This document shows, one piece after another, positions 53,443-64,000 of a stretch of DNA of 64,000 bases (within the stretch, counting starts at the first letter, position 1; every line of letters starts with the position of its first letter). Where the stretch lies: assembly GCA_013239625.1 (NCBI GenBank), contig MU054187.1:10189231-10253230 (forward strand), written 5' to 3'. Source of the stretch: Lama guanicoe (lineage: Eukaryota). Both the position numbers and the translations under genes were made by a program. The notes below the pieces were generated by a model. That model was not told where the DNA came from. It saw only the letters and a list, made by a program, of their open reading frames with translations, and searched no databases.

Positions 53443-53617
53443 GCTATTGAGTTGTATGAGTTTGGACAGTAACCCTTTGTCAGATATAACTGACATAGCC
53501 GATATTCTGCAGATACTTTCTCCCATGCTGTAAGTTGCCTTTTCACCCTGTTGATTGTTTCTTTGGCTGTGAAGAAGCTTTTTGGTTTGATACATTCCCA
53601 CTTGTCTATGTAGAATA

Positions 53618-53870
53618 ATTTTTAAGAACTTTTAGTTTTGAAAGATGACAGATTCACAAGAAGTGGCAAATAAATGAACAGGGAGGTCATAAGTACCCTT
53701 CACCCAGTTTCTGTCAAAGACAGCACCTTGGGTTACTACAGAAAACATCACAACTGGGATAATTCATATTTTACCAATTTCTAGGGGGTCAGTGTGTGTG
53801 TATGTGTGTCTGTAGTTCTATGCAACTTTATGACGTGTGTAGGTTCGTGTTAACCACCATCACAATTAGG
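53618..53870 (-). mobile_element. L1MC/MD-type 3' end
   Basis: aactttttagttttgaaagatgacagattcacaagaagtggcaaa...tacccttcacccagtttc. Confidence 0.7.
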
Positions 53871-54234
53871 ATGCAGCCTCAGAGAGCTCAGTGCCGTCCG
53901 GCCAGCCAACCCCGCCATCCTCAGAGGTTCGATCTCATCTCTGCAGGGTGTGTGCCCGAAGTGCCGGGGGCAGCAGTATCAGCCAAGTAGCTCCCTTCCT
54001 CCAAGGTCTGAATTCTGCCTCTGAGGGAGCCTTTGTGTAAGTCTAAAGTCTAATAATCTTTACCCAGTCCCTTTGTTCATGAGTTTGGCGTTAAGGATGG
54101 AATGGACACTAAGCACTGGTTGTACTAAAATTTCAAGAGAAAGTTGATTCCTAACCACATTTGTTAACCCTTGGGGAAGACCATTTTCAATATCAGTTGT
54201 GTGTTATAGCTATGAGAGTCCATTCCTGGAAGAA

Positions 54235-54750
54235 AATGTTTTTCTTTAGATCATATCATACCTCTGTTTCAAAGGCCAGCTATTTACTGTCCTCAGAACA
54301 AATCCTCAATTTTTGTCCTTTTCTCCAAGGCCTTGAATGACCTTGTCCTGGGCTGTATCTCTTAGACCTCATGTCTTCCTCCTCTCCCTTCTGTTTACTG
54401 CAGTGCAGCCACACTAACTTTATTTTTATCCATCCAACAACTAAGCTCAGCCAGGCAAATCTGCCTTTGTGCTTACAGTGATCTTTGCCCGGAGTGTTTT
54501 CTTCTGAGGCCTTTGCATGACAGGTTATAGCCTTATCATCACCTTTTAAAAGAGGCCTTTTCTGGGCTTTCAAAGAATCCCATTCCCCCCATTTAATCTG
54601 GTTTATTCCTTTCATAACATTTACCATAATCTTTAACTGCCTTGTTTACTTCTTCATTCACCTATTTTCTTCCCCACTGATCAGAATATAAGCCCATAAG
54701 GGCATCTATCTTGTTAATTACCCTACCTCTTTAAATATCTATTGGATAAA
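54235..54750 (+). mobile_element. L2 3' region
   Basis: tagatcatatcatacctctg...cagccacactaac...agaggccttttctg...gaatataagcccataagggc. Confidence 0.75.
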
Positions 54751-56529
54751 AAATAAATTTAGCTTTTGGCACTGTTTAAAATATGCAAACAAATGCAAAT
54801 GGATGACTTTTATCCTTCGAAGGAACACAGAAACTCAAAGTACCTAAATATAAAGTTTTCATTCTTCTAAGCATACTCAGAGCAGGTGGACAACTGTTTT
54901 TGATGGGTTGGTCTGTTGATGCACTACACTAAGTCATCTTGGAGAAAGAGATCAGCAGCAAGGGGGGTTAAGCATAGTTTTGATGCTTGTTGACCGTGTC
55001 AACACAAGACTCTGTCAGAATCAAGAAGAGCTGTTGCAAACTGTTCACCAATGTCTTTGATGCCAGTAAACGCACATCACAAATCTTGCAGGCTTATGGC
55101 TGTCCATCCCATCTGTTCCCACCTCATCATGAGCCTGAAGGTGTCTGTAAACATGCCATGAACGCTAGTTCAAAGGGAAAAATGTATAATGGTTTAGAAC
55201 CAGAATGATTTTCTTGTCATGTAAGCAAACATTTCAGGCAAAGTACAAGAATTAGTGAAATTGATGACATTTTCTTTCACAAAGTCCTGTCATGATATTC
55301 TGGCTCAGGGAGTTTACCAGACTGTCTCACACTGACTCACCTTTCTTTTCCAAACGCATCTGAGGCCCACTTGAATCAGAGGGTTGACGAGGACAGTGTC
55401 ATGGCACCAAAGCTTGGGGCCTGACTTAATACATTACACTTTTGGAGAACTGTATTACATTAAGAGGCAGATGAATATTTCTCTCTGTCCCCATGTCTCG
55501 GCACACTCTTGTGGCACCATGACTGTACTATCAGTGATATTTGTTTCTAACTCATTTAATATTTACATACATGTTACCTAATAAGCTCAATAAGAAATTT
55601 TGTCTAGATTATTCAGGGAGTGATTTCTAAACTGATAGACTATCCACATCTTATTCTTCTCCCACTGAAAGTATCCATTACCCGAATATACAGGAAACCA
55701 GGTAGACAAGTGAACAAGACCGAGCTCATCTGTAAATTCAGTTTCAGGACAAGGATACAAGCTTGCCCACCACCCCCGCACTGCTCCACAGCCACGGTGC
55801 CCTACGAGCACCCCACTCTGAGGCAGAGGACTGAGACGTGTAAGTGCACAGTCTTCAGATGTCTGCCCATGTTCTGTCATTATGACTTTAAAGGAACAGA
55901 AGAACTGACTTTCTCCATTGTCAACACCCCAAGTCTATTCAAATTTTACAGCTGTGGAGATACAGGCAAGCCTTCTTCCTTATACTACTCTGTTTACCCT
56001 TTTAAGGCCTTGACAAACCTTAGAATAAACCTCTTCTAAATCGCAGCTCACAATCATGCACGTCATGCTCTGAGTCACTCAGGGAAGGCAGCAAGATGGG
56101 AAACTTGAATGTAGTCTCATAAACAAAGGATTTGACCCTGGGCTTTCTACTGCTGATGATTTGGACAAAAAGTCCTGTTTCCCAGATGTCCTTTTGGCAG
56201 GGCTCTGGTTCTAAACCATTGCGCAGTGAGATGGAGAGAACACTGTAATTACAGAAGACACGACTCCATCTCTCGTGACGTTTAGTAACGTTAACTTGAT
56301 CTACAGTCTCCCTCAGTGGGACAAAGCTAACTTTCTCAAACTTGGATTTCTCAGCCATCCTACCCTTTAGGACAGGTGTGTGCTAGGGAGAAAGACAAAG
56401 CTTTCAAAAGCAGAGACAGTTACCAGTGCTCTGCAAGTCCTTTGATCTTCCTCAGGCTGCAGAGCCACGGTGCCTGTGGACAGGGAAAGCCTTTGTACAA
56501 AGCAGTAAATCGTGTTGTTAAGAGGTGGG

Positions 56530-57020
56530 GAGGTGTGACTCAGGGGTGAGGGGCCCTGGAATCACTGCTCACTCTTTCACGCTCTCTCCCTCCCTCCCTT
56601 CCTCTCTTCTTCTACCAGAAGGGCTCACACGAGGTGGGGGAGAGGTTGAACTGAAGGAAGCTGAGGTTTGTCAACTTTTCAACTGTTCCTGACTTCCTAA
56701 CTTGGGTACTGACATCCTAAGTGGTCAGCTGACACCAGGGCCTCAGGCCAAATGGAAATGAACTGCTAGGTCCCCTCCCTGCCTGCCCCGCCCATTTTGT
56801 GAGAGCCCGCCTTTCTGCTGCCCCCGGGTCAGCCCCACCCCCTGCTCCCCATTTACCCAGACCCTGCAAACAAAAACCCTCCCACACCCTTGTTGAAAGC
56901 AAGTAATTACTGTTTGGAGGGTAAATGCGGCTTGGCACAGGAACCCCTGACCATGTGAAACCACGTTATAAACATGCGAGCAGGGGAGATTCTTTGCAGT
57001 TGACCAAATAAACAGACAAC
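56530..57020 (+). promoter_or_regulatory. Candidate intronic promoter/enhancer
   Basis: AP-1 TGACTCA 56536-56542, GC box ccccgccc 56786-56793, CACCC boxes 56832-56840 and 56882-56889, TATAAA 56967-56972, forkhead aaataaaca 57006-57014. No TE recognised here. Motif evidence only. Confidence 0.35.
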
Positions 57021-57199
57021 GTCTAAGTCTCTACTTTCAGTTCCCACCCTAATTCATCTTATACAGAACCGTCCGATTAATCACTCTTTAACACCACTTC
57101 TGGTGTCTCTGCCATACCCCCTAATTTATAATTACTACAAATTGTCTGCAGAATAAAACTCCCAAATTTTCATCTCAGTAATTTAAAGCTCTCCATTAA

Positions 57200-57360
57200 T
57201 TTAGTGAAAAAAATACACGCCAGGAACTCCTCCAGGCATTGCTGAGGATACAAAATGTACATGTGAGATTCTTGCTTTCAATGAATTTACAACCTAGTTG
57301 AGAGAATGTATGTACAAAAATAACTCCAAGGCAGAATACAGGTGCCACGGAGGAGGCATA
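57200..57360 (-). mobile_element. L2 3' end fragment
   Basis: ccaggcattgctgaggatacaaaatg...cttgctttcaatgaatttacaacctagttgagaga. Confidence 0.55.
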
Positions 57361-57369
57361 AACGATACC

Positions 57370-58030
57370 AGCACTTATATACTAAGCATTTTTTGTGCAC
57401 CAGGTCGCTCACATCTCTTCTAAGGGACCCTCCCAACAACCCTGTAGCGTGGATGCTGACAGCTCTATTTACAGATTAACAGTAGCAACTGCCCAATTCC
57501 CGCCAGGGCGGGCGCTCTGTGCAAATGATCACACTTAATCCCCCAACAACGGACTTTATAAATGAGCGTGGGTGATTCTGTGCCCGAGGTCACAGAACTA
57601 GCCAGTGGCTGCTCGGGTCTGAGTGTACGTGTCTCCCTCCCAAAGACACATGTTGGAATCTTAACGTCCAGTGTGATGGTATTTGGGGATGGGGACTGTG
57701 GCAGATGATTGGGTATTGAGGGCAGGGCCTCCTGAATGGGATTAGTGCCTCGAAAAAGAAACCCCAGAAGGCTCCCCAGCCCCCGTCCCCACGTGAGGAG
57801 ACAGTGAGAAGCCGGCAGCCTGCAGCCCGGAAGAGGGACCTCATCAGATCCCGACCGCCGTGCTGGCACCCTGACCATGGACTTCCAGTCTCCAGAACTG
57901 TGAGAAATAGTATTTCTGTTGGTTATAAGTCACCCAGTCTGTGGTATTTTGTTCGAGCAGCCTGAATTGACTCAGACAGTGGCAGAACCAGGTTTCAAGC
58001 CAGGTCTCTGACTCGCAGCCTTTCTTCTTT
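57370..58030 (-). mobile_element. MIR SINE fragments; one is split by the MLT1A LTR
   Basis: tcccaacaaccctgtag...tatttacagat; tgcccgaggtcacagaactagccagtggc | agaaccaggtttcaagccaggtctctgactc. Confidence 0.7.
57610..57978 (+). mobile_element. MaLR solo LTR (MLT1A-like), complete
   Basis: TG...CA ends; gaatgggattagtgcc; ggacttccagtctccagaactgtgagaaata; 5-bp TSD gtggc at 57605-57609 and 57979-57983. Confidence 0.92.
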
Positions 58031-58229
58031 GGACTGTGCCATGTGACCTCTTAAGAGAAGAAGCTCAGAGAAGGTCAGCAGCTTTGCCAGAGCTCATCAG
58101 CCTCCCAAGTGGTAACGACTCAAAGATACATTTATTTTACTTCAAAGTACATGCTTGCTTTCTTTTCCTCTTTCTCCTCCTCTTTCCTTCTTTTCCTAAG
58201 CAATTCAGCCCTAAAGCCGTGAGGTGAGG

Positions 58230-58549
58230 CAGAGCAAAGTAGGTGTCCCTGTTTGGGGGTGAGTTTTGGAAACCCAGAACCTGGCTCCATAGGCAGGAGG
58301 GTAAGGAGAGTATCACGCTGATGGGGGAAGGGAGGTGTGTGGTGTCAGAGCTGGGGCAGGGCCATGGAGGTGCCCACATGGAGGAGGGCTTGGCCAAGTG
58401 ATGTGGTAGAGCCATGTGGGGTGAGGAGGGTGCCCACGTGGATGGGGACCCAGTATGCATGTTAGAACTTGCGCTGGTTAAGAAGGGTTTCCACATGGGG
58501 TAGCAGTGGCCTGGCACAGGGTTTTAGAGCCTAAATAGGGTAAGGAGGG

Positions 58550-58584
<35 letters not shown>

Positions 58585-59826
58585 TGTAAAGGCAGGGAGT
58601 GGTGGGGATGGGTTACATACAGGGGGATTGGTCAAATATATAAACACATATCAAGTCATGGGAGGTTGATTTCTCAGTGCCAAAAAAGGGAATTACGAAC
58701 ATAGATGAGCACAAAATAAAAATAAAACAAATAAACATTTTAAAATAAAAATTAAAATAGGCATTAACATAAACCCATGATTTTCAATATAAAAGTAGAT
58801 ACAAAACCAAATATTCATGTAAATGTTGAAATGCGTATGTATGTGTGTGTGTGTAAATGTGTATGTTCCCTAGCTCTGTACACCTAGCATCAGTGAGCAC
58901 ACCTCCTATCCAGACCTTGGCTTCTAAAATGCCATTTTCCACAAAAAGGAACCAGGACTCTTTGGAGAAATGGGCAATTCCAGGGCTGGGGCAAGGAAAG
59001 CACAAGATGAGCTGGGAACTCCCTCTTGTGCCAGAAAGTAGTCAAAGAAGGATGGGAACACGGAAAAAAGACACAGAAGCCAACTTAAAGGGCTCCCACT
59101 GGCTTAATACAGGACAGATTGGACATTGATATAGATTATGATAATAAGAGATCAAATCTCTTGAATAAAAATAGGGAACCATGAATCCATAGATAAAAAG
59201 TTTTATGAGGAATGGGGCATTATATAGTTTCAAAATACCTCTCTACAAAACACTTAAAGAAAAGATGGTGGAGAAGCCCGGCAGACCCCTTCTCAATCAG
59301 GAAATCTCAGAGAGCATCATGCACCTCAGGGCACACTGACACTCGTGCCAGCAGAGAACTCGGTGGCACTTTCTGATGTATCTGCCATGGAAGCACAACC
59401 AGATTCTAGGCACGAGGAAGCATCAGAAAACCCAAATGGAGCAACTTTCTACAAATCACTGGCCTGAAAGCTTCAAAAGTATCACAGTCATGAAAGTTAA
59501 GGAAAGACTTGTTTCAGACTGAGGGAAACTAAAGAGAGATGACGACTTAATCCGATCACGCGATTCTGTACCAGATGCTTTTACTACAGAGGACACTACT
59601 GGGAGAATTTGGGTGGGGTCTGAAGAGTAAATGGTGGTAAGTATCAGTGTTAATTTCTGAGTTGGAGGGTCCCCACCGCGGTTGTTAGGAGAATGCCCTT
59701 GTTGGAAGGAAGTACACTCTGAAGTGCTCGGCATAATGGGGTAAGATAGCTTCAAATGATTTTGGAAAAGAAGCCCTTTGTACTGTACTTCCAAATTTTC
59801 TGTAAGCTTAAGATTGTTTCAAAATG
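58230..59826 (+). mobile_element. L1MC3/4-type 3' UTR
   Basis: ttccctagctctgt...gagcacacct...aaaaggaaccaggactctttggagaaatgg...gggctcccactggc...ctttgtactgtacttccaaattttctgtaagcttaagattgtttcaaaat. Confidence 0.85.
58552..58581. repeat. (GT)n microsatellite, about 15 units
   Basis: Read directly from the sequence. Confidence 0.95.
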
Positions 59827-60009
59827 AAAGAAGTTACTAGAAAGAGATGCTCTCCTGTGTGCTATTCTGCTTTTCTTCATGGAGAAGATGGAATTTAGGG
59901 AGAATTGAGATAGGTAGAGATGTCTAGGAAGAAATCTAGAAAAAAAAAGTGGTGTGTTCAAATGCACTTAGTGTTCCTCTATTTCTTGCCTTACAAACTC
60001 CCAGGGAAA

Positions 60010-60245
60010 TGAGAGGCAGAATGGAAAAGTGGCTAAGATGGGTCTTGGAGTTAGACCAGGATTTAAAGGCTGATTTTATCTTTTAATAAGTCATGTGACT
60101 TTTGACTGTTTGAGTCTCAATTTCATTATCTGTAAAATGGGAATAAAGCTGATGTCGGTGTCCGTGTGAGAATTAATGAGATGACGTACGTCCAGGGCTC
60201 AGCATAGGTCCCGCCACATAGTAGTGTTAGCAGTGATGATGATGA
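60010..60245 (+). mobile_element. MIR SINE
   Basis: ttggagttagaccaggatttaaagg...tgagtctcaatttcattatctgtaaaatgggaataa...gagaattaatgagatgacgt. Confidence 0.85.
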
Positions 60246-61264
60246 AGATGTGGTAACAGTGATGATCTGAACTAGGCTCCAGGGAAGGCAATCTGCCCGT
60301 GTTGTACAGAAGGGACTGGGATTGGTTCAGGGTGACCCTGAAAGAAAGCAGGGCAGTCAGGAAGCTATTAGCAATCGTCCGCAAGCGAGCAGCGTAGTGG
60401 CTATGGGGACGGAACAAAGGTTAGAGTCTGTTAGGGTAAATTCTTCAGGTTTAAAACAGTGAATTAGATCTTAGGATGATCCCTAGAAGCTTAAAGACTG
60501 CTCTGAGATGCAGTCTCTGGCAGAGAGGAGCAGTGCTATTGCTGATCAGGGGAACCGGAAGTCAGCAGGCTTCCTTAAAGGAGAGCTCCAAGTCCAATTC
60601 TCCCCCACTCGCCCCTTCTAACCGCATAAGTGGAAACAAATATATAGACATACACTTTCCAGCTTGTTGTGTCCATTTTCCTCCTGCTGTGCCTTTATTC
60701 CTTCCTCCCCGTGTCTCTGGCCCATGCTCCCTGCACATTCCACCTAGGACCTCAAGTGCATATTCTTGTTCAAGATGTGTGCCTTTTCCGGCCCGAAGAG
60801 AAGGTCTTATTCAAGCACCACAGCAAGTGCTGATGGCTGAGAGCATGAGGACTTCCCAATGCTGTTCTTAGACTGACAGCATTTTCAGCGCAGCTCCTTA
60901 ACTCCTGTCCTGTAGTTCCACATGCAGCTGGTATCATACCTTCTTGCATTTGCTGACATGGTATATTGCAATGGTATGTCTGCTGTCTACATTTTGCCTC
61001 ACTCACAAGATGGCAAGGTCTTCCAGGGTGGATGCTGTGTTTCCATAGCAACAATCACTGTGATGATCACAGAGTAGGTGCTCAATGAATGTTTGTAGAA
61101 TTGAACTGAGTCAAAAATTAGAATGATGACAAGAGAGGAAAAAAACAGTTCTAAACAAGATGTGAAATCATGCTTTCCTCATTTGATTAAAACAGGAGCC
61201 ATAAAAATAAATGCTCCAGGGTTAGCTACAACATGATGCAACTGTCCTTGGGGAAATTAATTGT

Positions 61265-61450
61265 CATGTTTGAGAACACAGGCCTGGGGTCAGCTGCCTG
61301 GGTTGCATTTGGATCATTGCTCTGATGCTTCCTAGCTTTGGAATCCTTGAATTATTAGTAGCATTTGCTGCATAAGGTTTTTGTATTAAATGAAATCATA
61401 TATGTAAAGAACAGAGCGTGTTTGGTCAATAGTAACAACTCAAAAGTTTA
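61265..61450 (+). mobile_element. MIR fragment
   Basis: gagaacacaggcctggggtcagctgcctgggtt...attaaatgaaatcatatatgtaaag. Confidence 0.6.
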
Positions 61451-62004
61451 GAAATGATTAATTTCTTCCTAAAAAGTTTTGGAAGAATTGCTCTGAAATT
61501 TTTTCAGGGAGGTCAGTCTTCTCTGTGGCTTCAGCTGGGAAACCCTCTGTTGGAATAACCCACCCGGACTCTGGGTGGAGAGAAATCTTCTTGTACCCAG
61601 TTCCTCTTCCTGGCGGCGGTTACACAAGGCAGGCTGTGGAGCTCAGGATCGAGTGAGCTGGTCCCCAAAGATCTGAGACTCGTACGTAGCCTCAAATCTC
61701 AGTCCTCTCCTCGAGTAAGGCCGCTTCTTTCCAACTTCTGTTTCTACATTTTCCCTCTGAAACTGCAATTCTGCATGTTTAGCCTGTGTCCTTCGAGGCT
61801 GCACTTGGTGCTAATTTTAACTGATTCCCCACTGCCTTCTCGGAGGCACAATTAGAATGATATTTATCCATTGCTCCTCCCAGGAACTGAAGCCGTCATC
61901 TGGGCTGGAAGGCTCTCCCCTGTGTAGGGGGTTGTGGAGCTCACTGGTAAGCTACCTCTCTAACTCCCTCAGCATGGAGGAGTGTTTTGTACTTCATCTT
62001 ACTG

Positions 62005-62135
62005 GCTCAGATCACTCCCTAATGAATATAAGTTAGGTGGTCCTGGGACTTTGCACAAATTGTTTACAGCTGTATCTGTGGTACTTCGAAGGGCGCCTGG
62101 AACACTGCAGGTGCTTAATGTTGAAAGAATGACAC
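62005..62135 (+). mobile_element. L2 3' end
   Basis: gaatataagtt...ttgtttacagctgtatctgtggtacttcgaagggcgcctggaacactgcaggtgcttaatgttgaaagaatga. Confidence 0.7.
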
Positions 62136-62299
62136 AACTGCTGAAGAGGGTAGCCTCTTGTTGGCAGGACAAGATGTATGTGTAGGAAACAGAAAGAATC
62201 ATGCAATCCATCTTGGCTCTCGGAGTAAAGCTCGCAGAATTCTGAAGTGGTCAAACTCAGATTTCCCCCTCTATTCTCTGCCTCTTTCTCTCCTAAAAC

Positions 62300-62318
62300 T
62301 GTGTGTGTGTGTGTGTGT
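62300..62318. repeat. (TG)n microsatellite, about 9 units
   Basis: Read directly from the sequence. Confidence 0.9.
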
Positions 62319-64000
62319 AGCCTATGCTTCAACTGGGACACAAACTGAGCAGTGGCCACTAAAGCCTATTCCTAATTTTTTTTAATATGTTGTATATTTT
62401 TAAAAAATGTTTTGGAGATACAGGTCTGCATCTAAGATGCTAGTTTATTTAATTCAGGCTTCCTACTTGTGCAAGGATACTGAATTTACGAAACTGAATT
62501 CTTCTCTTACATGAGGGCGTTCTCAAGGTCACAGGAAGAGCGGTGCAGGGCTGCATCAGATGCACAGAATGTTCATGTAACATCATGCCAGCTAATTCAT
62601 TATACCCATCACTATCCATCAGAAGGGATATGTGTCTGTTTTCAACCCCTATCCCTGCATGAAGTGAATTTTCTAATTTAAAAAGGCTTAATTCAGCTCA
62701 TTTTACACGTTAAGTATGATGTCACTGTATTTTAATTAGTGATTAAAACTGCCCATGTAATTCTGTGGGTTTTCTAAGACGTAAAATGATCCATAAAGTG
62801 GCAATATGACCATCCTAATTAAGCAGTAATCAGAGCCATCATCGCAAACAACAAAGGGTAAGGCTGCTGTCCTTTAAAGGAATTTCATAAGGATTATTTG
62901 ACTCAGTGTCAAAAATATTTACTGAGAAACGAATTGAGAACCACAGTGTGGTCTCCAGTTCAGTTAGTATGTAATATTTGGTCAGATCAGTCACGCCATT
63001 TGAATGAAAGCTGGAGACAGAAACCTAAATCAAAACGACCCCCAAACAAACCTATTGGTTAATGGAGAGCAGGTGGGAAACAATTAGAGACACGATCTGG
63101 GATCATGCCGGGTCTTTTTCTTTTGGGAGGATCTTGGTTGGTAGGTATGCTGTAAACCACTGTAGAAGCCCCCTCGAAACCCAGATGCAGGGCTTGTGTG
63201 CAAACACTTCAAAGGGGGAGGGCTGGAAGGGTAATGGGACACATAAAAATAAAAATGACGAGGAAGGTTCTGTCGGCGGTATGTGATTAAAAAACCCCAT
63301 ACAGTCCTGGCAGAGTGCGCTTATTTCTGAAAATGACACTCACTTTGAAGTCTGTCCTTTGAGTCAGACCTCTGTTGGGCTAAGGGCCTCCCTCACTGCT
63401 GACATGATGGATCAAAGGAAGCACCTTGCCCTGCATGTGCGGTGCACGGCCAGCTCGAGACACTAGAAATAGAGCAGCAGAGCAGCTAATGGACACGGAG
63501 CCAAAGTCCTACACAGAAACCTCACTCTTTCTGCTTTTCAAAGGATGAACTGCTTTGAAAAAGACCTTTAGGACAGCAAATTTAATGGTGTTACTTGTCA
63601 TGTTGCTGTTAGTTTTTTCCAAGGGAAAAACAATAGCAAATGATTCATTGGTATCAATCAACCACCGGGAAACCTTCGAAAATATGGCTTGACTTGTCAT
63701 GCAAGTTTGTTCCAGGCACCTGGGCTCTGAGGGGGATGACGTGTCTCTGAAATGCCATCTTCATTTTGCCAGAGTTTTCAGAGAACACCAGGCTCCTTGT
63801 GCAACACTCTGGAGAAGGCCTCCTGCAGACACTCGGATAGCAAGTCACCGGACAAGTGAACCTTCCTTTGCCGTTGTCAAGACCAAACTACATTTGCAGA
63901 GAGAATTTCACCCGTAAATGGTTACAGCTGATTCACGATTTTTCATTTCTTTGCCAGACACCCAAACGGCTTTTGAAAAGCCTTCTAGGGCAGAAGCAAA

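Larger units (their letters stand above)
52080..53610 (-). mobile_element. L1MA-type 3' region, interrupted by three SINE copies
   Basis: acctcatatataagtggaatcatgcagtattt; cagaagtgggattgctggatcatatagtagttctattttcagttttttgaggaacctccatact; ORF MKRQLTAWEK on the minus strand. Confidence 0.9.

Noticed and set aside
53067..53455. Three direct repeats as a CRISPR-like array
   Set aside because: Eukaryotic intron; the repeats are TSDs and the intervening units are near-identical SINEs.
55620..56358. 139-aa (+) and 112-aa (-) ORFs in unique sequence
   Set aside because: No recognisable homology or convincing exon structure; length is compatible with chance.
33834..64000. CPA6 exon 2 ([25 protein letters not shown]-like)
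   Set aside because: Not found by eye; it is probably upstream of the window because intron 2 is very long.

Overview
Mammalian genomic DNA, most likely a camelid (camel/alpaca/llama): it carries tRNA-derived SINEs resembling camelid Vic-1 and a young L1 with a camelid-like 3' UTR. The window holds the middle of CPA6 (carboxypeptidase A6) on the minus strand. Six coding exons (human exons 3-8) lie at 33652-33776, 26178-26292, 24012-24113, 21842-21943, 3252-3362 and 2651-2741. All have canonical AG/GT ends and splice into one open frame covering the prodomain, furin site, HARE zinc motif and the WRK/NRN substrate-binding motifs. I found no trace of exons 1-2 or 9-11, so 33777-64000 is read as intron 2 and 1-2650 as intron 8. 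The rest is mostly transposable elements (L1, L2, MIR, L3/CR1, ERV1/ERVL/MaLR LTRs, Tigger and hAT MITEs, SINEs), several nested with visible target-site duplications (TSDs). Apart from the ORF overlapping exon 3 and a few L1 remnants, the ORF-track entries look spurious. I see no convincing new biological system. The best leads are a tandem SINE duplication with three TSD copies, a motif-dense TE-free candidate promoter/enhancer in intron 2, sense-oriented L1 poly(A) signals in intron 6, a 3'-truncated L1 retaining its 5' end, and splice-site or protein peculiarities in CPA6. Repeat subfamily names come from recalled consensus sequences, and most repeat boundaries are approximate.
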